From: Bacteroidota bacterium
Lineage (GTDB): Bacteria > Bacteroidota > Bacteroidia > Palsa-965
Assembly: GCA_013289095.1 (NCBI GenBank)
Contig: JABDAO010000006.1
Span: forward strand, 1-60,034
Length of the DNA: 60,034 bases
Reading direction: 5' to 3'
The position numbers were made by a program, and so were the translations under genes. Positions within the stretch are counted from its first letter, which is position 1; each line of letters opens with the position of its first letter. The notes beneath the pieces are model-generated. The model made no database searches and was not told the origin of the DNA. It was given only the letters and a program-made list of their open reading frames with translations. Below, piece after piece: positions 18,702-28,388 of this stretch.

Positions 18702-19649
18702 ATGAAGACACAACTCGCAGCGGGAATCGATATCGGTGGTACGAATACCATATTTGGTTTGGTTGACCAAACCGGAAAAATACATGAACGCGGTCATTTG
18801 TCAACCCTCTCTTATCCGACAGCCGAAACGCTTGTGGATGCAATCGCTGAAAAGATAAACGATTATACTGACAAACACAGGTCGGCGTTGGAACTGATCG
18901 GAGCAGGCGCTGGTGTTCCGAATGGGAATTTTTTCAGCGGTTGTATAGAATACGCTCCCAACCTCAAATGGAAAGGGGTAATCCCCCTGGCTTCCTATTT
19001 TGAAACCCGTTTATCCTGTCCCGCTTTTCTGACCAACGATGCAAAAGCAGCAGCGCTCGGCGAACTGCTTTTTGGAGGAGCAACAGGATTGAACGATTTT
19101 TTGTTCATCACCCTTGGCACCGGTCTGGGATGCGGTCTTGTTTCAAACGGGGAACTTGTTTATGGCCATGATGGAATGGCAGGAGAACTCGGGCATACGG
19201 TGTTTATTCCCGATGGAAGGTTATGCGGTTGTGGCAGAAAAGGATGTCTGGAGACGTATTGCTCAGCTTCTGGAATAAAGAAAACCTACCTGGAACTGAC
19301 AGGGCTCCCACACACCCCCGAAATCGATGCACGGTTCATTTACGAAAAGGCCCTTGACGGACAAAAAGAGGCGCTTGATTCATTTTATCAGACCGGCAAA
19401 TGGCTCGGACTCGCTTTGGCCAACTACGCTTCTGTAACAGGGCCTTCTGATATTTTTCTTTTCGGAGGCCTGGCCCAGGCAGGAGATTTGATTTTTCTTC
19501 CGGTCAAGAAATATTTTGAACTAAATTTGCTACAGGTCTTTCGGAATAAGATCAACATCCGGCGCTCCCTGCTCCCGGAAAACGATGCCCCGGTTCTTGG
19601 CGCCGCTTCCCTGGCCTGGAAGCATTTAAAAAAAGGATCTTCGGAATAA
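18702..19649 (+). CDS. ROK family sugar kinase
   Basis: GIDIGGT, NDAKAAALGE, TLGTGLG and GELGH...CGCGRKGCLETY motifs. Confidence 0.95.
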   Translation: MKTQLAAGIDIGGTNTIFGLVDQTGKIHERGHLSTLSYPTAETLVDAIAEKINDYTDKHRSALELIGAGAGVPNGNFFSGCIEYAPNLKWKGVIPLASYFETRLSCPAFLTNDAKAAALGELLFGGATGLNDFLFITLGTGLGCGLVSNGELVYGHDGMAGELGHTVFIPDGRLCGCGRKGCLETYCSASGIKKTYLELTGLPHTPEIDARFIYEKALDGQKEALDSFYQTGKWLGLALANYASVTGPSDIFLFGGLAQAGDLIFLPVKKYFELNLLQVFRNKINIRRSLLPENDAPVLGAASLAWKHLKKGSSE

Positions 19650-19650
19650 C

Positions 19651-20745
19651 ATGGAACAACGATCAAATCAGGAGGAAAAAGAATTACTTGCAGTTATTCA
19701 GAAACTCCTGAACCTCATTCTCTTTTTACTTTTCGTAGTAATCGTCCTGTTGTATTTCCTGATTTTTGGAATTCCCAGACCCGGTTCGGAAGCAACGATT
19801 GGTAATTCCCTTGCGGGCTCATCCCAGACTGCCATGCTACAGACTGAAAAGAAAAGCGCCCCTGCTGTCTGGACGGCCCCCGACACCACACAATTGCCAA
19901 CAGGAGAGCTCCGGAAACAGATCCTCTATGGAAAATCCCTCATCGCGAATACCGCCTTGTATCTCGGCCCTCTGGGATCTGTGGCCCACATCAGCAACGG
20001 AATGAATTGCCAGAACTGTCATCTGGATGCCGGCACCCGCCCGTATGGAAACAATTACAGCGCGGTTGCGTCCACCTATCCTAAGTTCAGGGAACGTTCC
20101 GGAAAAACAGAGGATATTTTCAAACGGGTAAACGATTGTCTGGAACGAAGCCTCAATGGCAAGACGCTCGATTCATCTTCGAATGAAATGAAAGCCATAA
20201 AAGCCTATATCACCTGGCTGGGAATAAAGGTGAAGAAAGGAACAAAACCTCCTGGTTCGGGCATTCAGGATCTGCCATTTATGGATCGCGCCGCAGATCC
20301 CGGAAAAGGAGAACTTGTTTTCACATCCAAATGTATTTCCTGTCATGCCGCTGATGGCATGGGCAAGCTAAACGCCGACAACAAAACGTATCAGTACCCT
20401 CCGCTTTGGGGCGAACACAGCTATAACACCGGGGCCGGTTTATATCGTCTCTCCCGCCTGGCCGGTTATGTAAAAAACAATATGCCATTCGGTGCAACAC
20501 AGGCTTCGCCCCAGCTCAGCGATGCCGAAGCCTGGGATGTGGCCGCGTTTGTAAATTCCCAATACAGGCCGAAAGGAAATATCAGCAAGGACTGGCCAAA
20601 ACTTGCCGCTAAACCAATCGATCATCCATTCGGGCCCTATGCTGATTCATTTACTGAAACCCAACACAAGTATGGCCCCTTTGGTCAGATGGCAGCGCTA
20701 AAAAATATGGAAAAAGAAAAACAGAAAGTAAAGCAAGTCAATTAA
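19651..20745 (+). CDS. tsdA: Diheme cytochrome c, thiosulfate dehydrogenase TsdA-like
   Basis: Two heme motifs (CQNCH, CISCH), catalytic Cys in [25 protein letters not shown], and KNNMP; N-terminal membrane anchor. Confidence 0.8.
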   Translation: MEQRSNQEEKELLAVIQKLLNLILFLLFVVIVLLYFLIFGIPRPGSEATIGNSLAGSSQTAMLQTEKKSAPAVWTAPDTTQLPTGELRKQILYGKSLIANTALYLGPLGSVAHISNGMNCQNCHLDAGTRPYGNNYSAVASTYPKFRERSGKTEDIFKRVNDCLERSLNGKTLDSSSNEMKAIKAYITWLGIKVKKGTKPPGSGIQDLPFMDRAADPGKGELVFTSKCISCHAADGMGKLNADNKTYQYPPLWGEHSYNTGAGLYRLSRLAGYVKNNMPFGATQASPQLSDAEAWDVAAFVNSQYRPKGNISKDWPKLAAKPIDHPFGPYADSFTETQHKYGPFGQMAALKNMEKEKQKVKQVN

Positions 20746-20795
20746 CCCATCGGCAGAAACCAAGCCTATTTTCAGACACTAAAAAAAATGACTGC

Positions 20796-21356
20796 ATGAA
20801 CATCCTCACACAACCCTGGCCCTGGTATGTATCGGGCCCCCTTATCGGATTGATGGTTCCGGCCTTGCTTATTTTGGGAAATAAGCCCTTCGGAATTTCA
20901 TCCACACTCAGGCATATCTGTGCTTCGTGTATCCCCACACGGGTTAAATTTTTTGATTACGACTGGAAAGCCGAATCCTGGAGCCTGTTGTTTGTTTTCG
21001 GTATTGCACTCGGAGGACTTGTTGCCGGTTTCTTTTTTCAGAACCCGAACCCGGTGCGTATTTCTGAACATACGGTTGCCGACTTAAGCGCCCTGGGCGT
21101 AAAAAATTATTCAGGATTTGTGCCCGACGACCTTTTCAATTTCAAAGCGCTTTTAACGCTCAGAGGATTTATACTCATGGTTGCAGGCGGTTTTCTGGTT
21201 GGTTTCGGGACCCGCTATGCCGGCGGTTGTACTTCGGGTCATGCCATCATGGGGCTTTCGAACCTGCAATGGCCATCGTTGGCAGCTACCTGTTGTTTTT
21301 TTGGCGCCGGGATACTTACCAGTTGGTTTATCCTGCCAATCATTATGCGTCTTTAA
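20796..21356 (+). CDS. YeeE/YedE sulfur-compound transporter subunit
   Basis: [12 protein letters not shown] and [14 protein letters not shown] motifs. Confidence 0.92.
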   Translation: MNILTQPWPWYVSGPLIGLMVPALLILGNKPFGISSTLRHICASCIPTRVKFFDYDWKAESWSLLFVFGIALGGLVAGFFFQNPNPVRISEHTVADLSALGVKNYSGFVPDDLFNFKALLTLRGFILMVAGGFLVGFGTRYAGGCTSGHAIMGLSNLQWPSLAATCCFFGAGILTSWFILPIIMRL

Positions 21357-21392
21357 GGAAGACTGTTTTATTCATTTTTTCAAACTCCGCAC

Positions 21393-21803
21393 ATGAACAA
21401 ACTCAAATTTATCCTTCTCGGTTTTATCTTTGGTGTGATCCTGATCAAGGCCGAAGTCATATCCTGGTTCCGTATCCAGGAAATGTTCAGGTTCCAGGCT
21501 TTTCAGATGTATGGAATTATCGGATCAGCGGTGATGGTTGGGATGCTGAGCGTCTGGCTCATCAAACGCAACAAGATAAAAACCATTTCGGGCGAAGAAA
21601 TTAAAATTGCCGATAAAGAATTTAGCTATGGCAATATTATCGGCGGCTCTATGTTCGGTATAGGCTGGGCGCTTACAGGCGCTTGTCCTGGCCCGATCTA
21701 TGCATTGCTGGGCAGCGGGATCGCTGTCTTTGCGGTTGTTTTGGTGTCGGCCGTTTTGGGTACCTTTGTTTATGGCCTTCTGAAAGACAAGTTGCCACAC
21801 TAG
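21393..21803 (+). CDS. YeeE/YedE sulfur-compound transporter subunit
   Basis: SWFRIQEMFRFQ and FGIGWALTGACPGP motifs. Confidence 0.9.
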   Translation: MNKLKFILLGFIFGVILIKAEVISWFRIQEMFRFQAFQMYGIIGSAVMVGMLSVWLIKRNKIKTISGEEIKIADKEFSYGNIIGGSMFGIGWALTGACPGPIYALLGSGIAVFAVVLVSAVLGTFVYGLLKDKLPH

Positions 21804-21846
21804 AACACCACCCTACCCATCTGCTTTTTTTGATTCACCCGTTTTG

Positions 21847-23640
21847 ATGAATGCTATGAGTGATACCCCTTGCAACAAACCCGATTGTACGTGTTCCTGC
21901 CATCATCCCGGCGCTCTGGAAGATGCCGCTGAAAAGAAAAACCAGCATGGGCAAACCCGCCGTGACTTTATCCGGTATACAGGCATGGCCGCCATTGGTC
22001 TGGGCATCGGGCCTGCGCTTTCCTGGTGGCTGCAGGACAAGGATAAGATAAAAGATATCATCAAGAATCCGGCAATACAAAACGGAAAGGCGCAACGCTT
22101 CACCATTCTTCATACCTCCGACATTCACGGGCAGCTTGATATTCACGACGAATTTTTCTGGGAAAACGGCAAAGCGGTTTACAAGAAAAGAGGTGGATTT
22201 GCCACGCTTCAAACCATGATCAGGGAGCTGCGCAAACAAAACCCCTTGAACACCCTGGTGGTGGATGGGGGCGATTGTTTCCAGGGCAGCGGCATTGCCT
22301 CCCTCACCCAGGGACAGGCCCTCATGCCCCTGATCAATAAAATAAACTACGACCTGGTCCTTCCCGGCAACTGGGAAGTAGCATTCGGCAAACGCATGCT
22401 CCTGAAAGACATGAACGGATACCAGGCTGCCAAGGTTTGCGCCAACATGTTCAACAACGATGACTTTGAACACGATTTACTTTTCCCTCCCTATCAGATT
22501 TTCAATCTGGGCGGGCTAAAGATCGGGTTTATCGGTTACAATGATCCGCTCACGCCCATACGCCAGAGTCCCGCGTATTCAAAAGGGATTAAATTCACCA
22601 AACCCGAAAAAAACCTGCAGCGTTATGTAAAAATACTGAGGGAAGAACGGGGTTGTGCCATGGTATTTGTGCTTTCGCACATGGGGCTTGCCCAGCAACT
22701 TCATCTGAGCAATGACCCTTGCGCACAAGGAGTTAATTATATCCTCGGCGCCGATACCCACGAACGCATCCGTGAACCTTTGCAGGGAAAATACAGCAAG
22801 GTAACCGAACCGGGGGCCTTCGCCTCATTTGTCGGAAAACTCGATATCGTGATCGAAAACGGGAAAATAAAGGATGAAGTCTACGAACTCATCGATGTGG
22901 ACCCTGGAAAATATCCCGAAGACCCTGAAATGAAGCACCTGATCGAGTCTACAAAGGCCCCATACAACAAGGTACTGAAGGAGGTGATCGGGCAGACCAA
23001 GACCCCCCTTGTGCGTTATTACATCATCGAAACCCCGATGGATAATCTCATCACCGATGCCGTGATGTGGCGTTTCAAGACAGATATCGTGGTTTCGAAC
23101 GGGTTCCGTTTTTGTCCTCCACTTGTGCCCGATGAAAAGACCGGGGTTGCCGATATTACCAAAGACTATCTGTGGAGTATGCTCCCGGTAAATTCTGAAG
23201 TCAAGACAGCCGATGTAAAAGGAAAACAAATCCTTAACTGGCTTGAAAAAGAACTCGAGAATGTTTTTGCAACCGATGCCACCAAGCGGTTCGGTGGCTG
23301 GTTTGTTCGTTTCAATGGAATGCAGGTCAGGTTTACCATCGGCAACAAAAAAGGGGAACGTGTCCAGGAAGTGAAAATTAAGGGAGAACTGCTGGATCCC
23401 GAAAAAATGTATTCGATGACCGCCTGCGAACGCGAGGGAGACCCCGACAATATGTTATGCCGGATGATGAATGTACACAACTCCGTTCCTCAGGGTGTCC
23501 TCTTACACGATGTGATGGAAAATTACCTGGCCGAATTTTCACCGGTATCGCCCCGGGTAGAAGGCCGCGCCATTGCCACCGACGGAAGCCCCGAGCTGCT
23601 GACACAGGCTGCGGAAGGCGTACCCTATCAGTTTCGGTAA
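21847..23640 (+). CDS. Tat-exported metallophosphatase/5'-nucleotidase family protein, SoxB-like
   Basis: Tat signal TRRDFI, HTSDIHGQL, DGGDCFQGS, GNWE, LSHMG, ADTHE and SNGFRF. The GNWE/THE/GFRF pattern and the sulfur-gene context point to the SoxB branch. Confidence 0.75.
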   Translation: MNAMSDTPCNKPDCTCSCHHPGALEDAAEKKNQHGQTRRDFIRYTGMAAIGLGIGPALSWWLQDKDKIKDIIKNPAIQNGKAQRFTILHTSDIHGQLDIHDEFFWENGKAVYKKRGGFATLQTMIRELRKQNPLNTLVVDGGDCFQGSGIASLTQGQALMPLINKINYDLVLPGNWEVAFGKRMLLKDMNGYQAAKVCANMFNNDDFEHDLLFPPYQIFNLGGLKIGFIGYNDPLTPIRQSPAYSKGIKFTKPEKNLQRYVKILREERGCAMVFVLSHMGLAQQLHLSNDPCAQGVNYILGADTHERIREPLQGKYSKVTEPGAFASFVGKLDIVIENGKIKDEVYELIDVDPGKYPEDPEMKHLIESTKAPYNKVLKEVIGQTKTPLVRYYIIETPMDNLITDAVMWRFKTDIVVSNGFRFCPPLVPDEKTGVADITKDYLWSMLPVNSEVKTADVKGKQILNWLEKELENVFATDATKRFGGWFVRFNGMQVRFTIGNKKGERVQEVKIKGELLDPEKMYSMTACEREGDPDNMLCRMMNVHNSVPQGVLLHDVMENYLAEFSPVSPRVEGRAIATDGSPELLTQAAEGVPYQFR

Positions 23641-23733
23641 CCCCTTTTGTCTACTACCAGGAATCTGGTCAGCTGACAACAAAACTATCCTGTTCTTCAA
23701 TCACGCTAATTCAAATTAGTACCCCAACCCTGT

Positions 23734-25332
23734 ATGTTGAAATTTTGTTTCAGCTTTTTATTTCTGACAGGTCTCGCTTCCACGTTTTTTTCGCAAATAC
23801 AACCGTTTCCCGTAATTCCTCTTCCTGCACTGGCAACCAGCGACACGGGCTCTTTTTCAATCACACCCTCCACCCTGCTGGTTGATAGCTTGAATGAGTT
23901 TTTCGACGAAATCAAAGCCTTCAATGAGCAGCTGAACAACTACTTCGGATTTGTTTTGCCGGTGGCTTCAAAAAGTGCAGGCAACTCCTGCATCCTACTC
24001 TTTCACCGACAGGAGGGCAACGGTAACCAGTCTGCGGAAGCTTATTCCATGCAGGTAACAAAACAGAACATCTTGATTACAGGTTACCCCGCAGGTGTTT
24101 TTCATGGTCTGGAAACCTTGTTCCAGCTCATGAACGGACAAATCGAAATTTCTGTTCCGTGCGTGTCAATAACCGATAAACCGACATTCGGCTGGAGAGG
24201 CATGCACCTGGATGTAAGCCGGCACTTTTTTACCAAGGAGGAGATAAAAAAATACCTGGATTATCTTGCGCTTTACAAGTTCAACGTTTTTCACTGGCAC
24301 CTGACCGATGATCAGGGCTGGAGGATAGAAATCAAAAAATACCCCCTGCTCACCCAACTCGGTTCAGAACGCAAGGAAACCGTTATCGGAAAATGCTCGG
24401 ATACGGCACACTACGATGGAAAGCCCTACGGTGGTTTTTATACCCAGGAGGATATTAAAGAAATCGTGCGCTATGCAACGGCAAGACATATCGTGATTGT
24501 CCCCGAAATCGAAATGCCGGGTCATGCCCGTGCCGCCATGGCCGCTTATCCTCAGTTTTCATGTACAGGAGGTCCTTTTGAGGTGGCTACCACCTGGGGC
24601 GGGTTTGATGATGTGTTTTGTCCCAAACCCGAGACCTTTCAATTCCTGGAGGACATACTTACCGAAGTCATGCAACTTTTTCCGGGGCCCTACATACACA
24701 TTGGAGGCGATGAGTGCCGTAAAAAACGCTGGAAATCATGTCCCAGCTGTCAGGCCCTGATGAAAAAAGAAGGATTGAAAAACGAAAACGAACTGCAAAG
24801 TTATTTTATCCGCCAGATCGAAACCTTTGTTCATGCCCATGGAAAACAGATGATAGGCTGGGACGAGATCCTCGAAGGGGGACTTGCTCCAAATGCAATT
24901 GTCATGAGCTGGAGAGGCGCCACGGGAGGGATCAAGGCGGCGAAACAAAAACACCAGGTAGTAATGAGTCCGGGCACGCCTTGCTATTTTGATCATTATC
25001 AAAGCAAGGACCGTTCAACAGAACCGCTTGCCATCGGCGGCTTTAATCCTTTGGAAAATGTTTATCTTTATGAGCCTGTGCCAGCTAAATTACTCCCGGC
25101 AGAACGAAAGTATATCCTGGGGGCACAGGGAAATGTCTGGACAGAATACATCACCACGTTCAGCCAGGTTGAATACATGTCTGTTCCACGCATGTGCGCG
25201 CTCTCGGAAGCCCTCTGGAGTCCTGCCTCCAAAAAAGCGTATGCCGGTTTCCTGGAACGTTTGAAACTGCACCAAAGGTTGCTTGACCGGATGAAGGTTA
25301 ATTATGCAACCCATTTTTCAACTCAAAAGTAA
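23734..25332 (+). CDS. Beta-N-acetylhexosaminidase (GH20)
   Basis: WRGMHLDVSRHF, HWHLTDDQGWR, PEIEMPGH, HIGGDE and WTEY motifs. Confidence 0.97.
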   Translation: MLKFCFSFLFLTGLASTFFSQIQPFPVIPLPALATSDTGSFSITPSTLLVDSLNEFFDEIKAFNEQLNNYFGFVLPVASKSAGNSCILLFHRQEGNGNQSAEAYSMQVTKQNILITGYPAGVFHGLETLFQLMNGQIEISVPCVSITDKPTFGWRGMHLDVSRHFFTKEEIKKYLDYLALYKFNVFHWHLTDDQGWRIEIKKYPLLTQLGSERKETVIGKCSDTAHYDGKPYGGFYTQEDIKEIVRYATARHIVIVPEIEMPGHARAAMAAYPQFSCTGGPFEVATTWGGFDDVFCPKPETFQFLEDILTEVMQLFPGPYIHIGGDECRKKRWKSCPSCQALMKKEGLKNENELQSYFIRQIETFVHAHGKQMIGWDEILEGGLAPNAIVMSWRGATGGIKAAKQKHQVVMSPGTPCYFDHYQSKDRSTEPLAIGGFNPLENVYLYEPVPAKLLPAERKYILGAQGNVWTEYITTFSQVEYMSVPRMCALSEALWSPASKKAYAGFLERLKLHQRLLDRMKVNYATHFSTQK

Positions 25333-25340
25333 AACACGTC

Positions 25341-26321
25341 ATGACCAGTCGCCGGAAATTTATACAGACAGCAGGCTTTGCCGGGGCTGCTGCACTGATA
25401 GGTCTTCCTGAAATTTCACTGGCCGAAAAACGCCCGGCTAGCGGAACAACGAAGCCGATTGTACTGAGCACCTGGAAACGTGGTCTTGCAGCCAACGATG
25501 GGGCCTGGAAAGTGCTCTCTGCAAATGGAAGGGCCCTGGATGCCGTCGAAAAAGGAGTGAATGTTACCGAAGCCGATTTTACAGACCGCAGCGTCGGACT
25601 GGGTGCATTGCCCGACCGCGACGGGCATGTGACCCTCGATGCCAGTATTATGGATGAACATGGATCCTGTGGCTCGGTTGCATTCCTGCAGCATATCATG
25701 CACCCGGTATCTGTTGCAAGACTGGTCATGGAAAAAACACCCCATGTCATGCTTGTTGGCGAAGGCGCCTTGCAGTTTGCACTTGAAAACGGGTTTAAAA
25801 AAGAACCCGATAAACTGAGCCCCGCCAGCGAGCAGGCTTGGAAGGAATGGTTGAAAAAAAGCGAATACAAACCGGTGGTCAACATCGAAAATCACGACAC
25901 CATTGGTATGATTGCACTGGATGCCGCCGGAAACCTCAGCGGTTCTTGCACCACAAGCGGTCTGGCCTACAAAATGCATGGCCGCGTAGGCGATTCACCG
26001 ATCATCGGAGCCGGCATGTATGTCGACAATGAGGTTGGGGCTGCCTGTGCTACCGGTGTAGGCGAAGCGGTCATGAAAATCTGCGGAAGTTTCCTCGTCG
26101 TGGAATACATGCGCCAAGGCATGAGCCCCGATGCGGCGTGCCGGGCAGCTGTAAAACGGCTTACCGAACGAAACCCGAATTACAAGGACATACAGGTAGG
26201 CTTCCTGGCCTTAAATAAACAGGGAGAGACGGGCGCTTATGCTGTCCAGCATGGTTTTAATTATGCCCTGTGCGACTCTTCGGGGAATAAACTGGTGGAT
26301 GCTGATTTTTTTGTTAACTAA
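25341..26321 (+). CDS. N(4)-(beta-N-acetylglucosaminyl)-L-asparaginase
   Basis: Tat signal SRRKFI, autoprocessing site HD/TIG, and GRVGDSPIIGAG. Confidence 0.95.
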   Translation: MTSRRKFIQTAGFAGAAALIGLPEISLAEKRPASGTTKPIVLSTWKRGLAANDGAWKVLSANGRALDAVEKGVNVTEADFTDRSVGLGALPDRDGHVTLDASIMDEHGSCGSVAFLQHIMHPVSVARLVMEKTPHVMLVGEGALQFALENGFKKEPDKLSPASEQAWKEWLKKSEYKPVVNIENHDTIGMIALDAAGNLSGSCTTSGLAYKMHGRVGDSPIIGAGMYVDNEVGAACATGVGEAVMKICGSFLVVEYMRQGMSPDAACRAAVKRLTERNPNYKDIQVGFLALNKQGETGAYAVQHGFNYALCDSSGNKLVDADFFVN

Positions 26322-26437
26322 TTGTATCGCCAAAAATATAGTTTCACGGTTCCTTCCTATTCATGGTTCTTTTCTTCTTACATAGCAGGCACATCGGATC
26401 GTTTTGGGTCCACGTCATTTTCGGGGGAGTAACCTGT

Positions 26438-26598
26438 TGTATCCCGCATTATGCATTAGAACCAGGCATTCGCGCTCAAAAGGCCAGCAGCACAACGAAC
26501 CTGCGGGATAACCCATCCCGATGACTATCGGGACACACACAAAGCTTAACGCACGTTGCATTAGCCTGTTACACGGCTTTTCCAAAATCCCGGTTTAT
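26438..26598 (+). repeat. Structured dispersed element, copy 5 (subfamily B)
   Basis: TATCCCGC...GCTCAAAAGGCC...GCGGGATAACCC-ATCCCGATGACTATCGGGAC...AACGCAC GTTGCATTAGCC...GGTTTAT. Confidence 0.9.
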
Positions 26599-26721
26599 AG
26601 CATAGACCCTCGATAAAAAACGCTTGCTATTCCTCATTCCGGTACGAAACGTTCGGAAATCTGTCGGAACAGGAATGGAACCTTACGGATTGTATCAGAA
26701 ACATTAGAGGGCAGCTTACAA

Positions 26722-27545
26722 CCTTGACAAGGCATCACGCAGCCTTAGCAAGGCATCATGTAGCCTTGACAAGGTATCTCGTAGCCTTAGCAAGACATCT
26801 TACAACCTTGCAAAGGCATTTCGTAGCCCTGATAAGGAACCAGAGGGAAAGTATCAGGAACCTCGGGGAACATGTCGGGAACCTTAGTGAACATGTCGGG
26901 AAACTCGGGGAACATGTCGGGAAGCTTGGGGAACATGTCGGGAAGCTTAGTAAACATGTCGGGAAACTCGGGGAACATGTCGGGAAGCTTGGGGAACATG
27001 TCGGGAAACTCGGGGAACATGTCGGGAAGCTTAGTAAACATGTCGGGAAACTCGGGGAACATGTCGGGAAGCTTAGTAAACATGTCGGGAAACTCGGGGA
27101 ACATGTCGGGAAGCTTAGCAAACATGTCGGGAAGCTTAGTAAACGTGTCGGGAAGCTTAGTAAACATGTCGGGAACCTTGGGGAACATGTCGGGAAGCTT
27201 AGTAAACATGTCGGGAACCTTGGGGAACATGTCGGGAAGCTTAGTAAACATGTCGGGAAGCTTAGCAAACATGTCGGGAAGCTTAGTAAACATGTCGGGA
27301 ACCTTAGTAAACGTGTCGGGAAGCTTAGGGAACATGTCGGGAAGCTTAGTAAACATGTCGGGAAACTAAGGGAACATGTCGGGAAGCTTGGGGAACGTGT
27401 CGGGAACCTAAGGGAACATGTCGGGAACCTTGGGGAACGTGTCGATAACCTAAGGGAATGTGTCGGGAACCTCGGGGAACATGTCGGGAACCTCAGGGAA
27501 CATGTAAGGAACCTGAGGGAATGTGTCGGGAACCCCTGGGAAACG
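26722..27545. repeat. 21-bp-period tandem array (about 39 units, two sub-arrays)
   Basis: About 5 units of CTTGACAAGGCATCACGCAGC type, followed by about 33 units of (GCTTAGTA/ACTCGGGG)AACATGTCGGGAA. Confidence 0.95.
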
Positions 27546-27866
27546 TGTCTCTGGCTGGATCAACATGCAGCAGTTATTCGATCTCTGCCCCCCGGCTTTT
27601 GACATTGACCCCTGGTTTTGTCTATCTCGTGTACATCTATGTTCCTCCAGGTCTCCGTGGCAAGTCAATATAGCCCCCTATCAACGTGGAGTGGTATGGC
27701 TTTGTGCTTTTCTCCTAATTAATTAACGTATCCCCAATATTATGTTTACCCGAAAAAACGAGCTTTGATTCGTAGAGCTAATAAACAAAATCCAGCCCTA
27801 TCATTCAGAAAATATCAAACAACGCTGCAAGCACTTTCATAAAATCATACTTAAAAAAACAAAATC

Positions 27867-28064
27867 ATGAAAACAACAAAACTGAACAAAAAGCTTTCGC
27901 TTCACAAAGAAACCCTGTCGAAGTTAAATGAAGTAGAAACAAAAGTGCTCGAAGGCGGGAAATTGCATCCTACCACTACGGTTCGTCACACATTTTATCT
28001 GTGTCATCATACCCACACTCCGATCTGCCATTACTCGGTGGAGAGATGCACCCAAAATCGTTAA
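27867..28064 (+). CDS. Class I lanthipeptide-type RiPP precursor (double-glycine leader)
   Basis: Leader KLNKKLSLHKETLSKLN...LEGG, followed by a 34-aa core with 7 Thr, 1 Ser, 3 Cys and 6 His. A-rich translation start and its own terminator. Confidence 0.75.
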   Translation: MKTTKLNKKLSLHKETLSKLNEVETKVLEGGKLHPTTTVRHTFYLCHHTHTPICHYSVERCTQNR

Positions 28065-28083
28065 AACCCGTTGATGACAACAA

Positions 28084-28122
28084 ACAAGACCCTCTCCCGC
28101 CAAACCGGGCAGAGGGTTTTGT
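28084..28122 (+). terminator. Rho-independent terminator
   Basis: ACAAGACCCTCT...AGAGGGTTTTGT, 19 nt after the precursor stop. Confidence 0.65.
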
Positions 28123-28388
28123 AGCTTCCAACCACGCTTGCTTGTGTTTCGGCTGCTGCCCCGCTTTTTTCAGCCGGATGCAACATACGTCCTAAAAAAG
28201 ACCCTCAGCGCCCCGGCGCAAAGACCTGGGGAACGGCAGACAGAACCGTCCAGACTTAACAGGGTCTGTACTTAAAGCCACACACACGCTACCCGCCCGA
28301 CCCAAAAGGAATATGGCTATCCGGTGAGACGGCAGCAGCCTGTTACCTGGCTGCGGTAAAATCACGGATTATCGTAATTTTACCGGAA

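Noticed and set aside
19651-23640. Complete Sox pathway
   Set aside because: soxX, soxA, soxY, soxZ and soxCD are absent from the window, and the cytochrome fits TsdA better.
26722-27545. CRISPR array interpretation of the 21-bp arrays (also 699-1105 and 50052-50378)
   Set aside because: The variable parts are only about 8 nt and recur, so they are not unique spacers. There is no leader and no cas gene.
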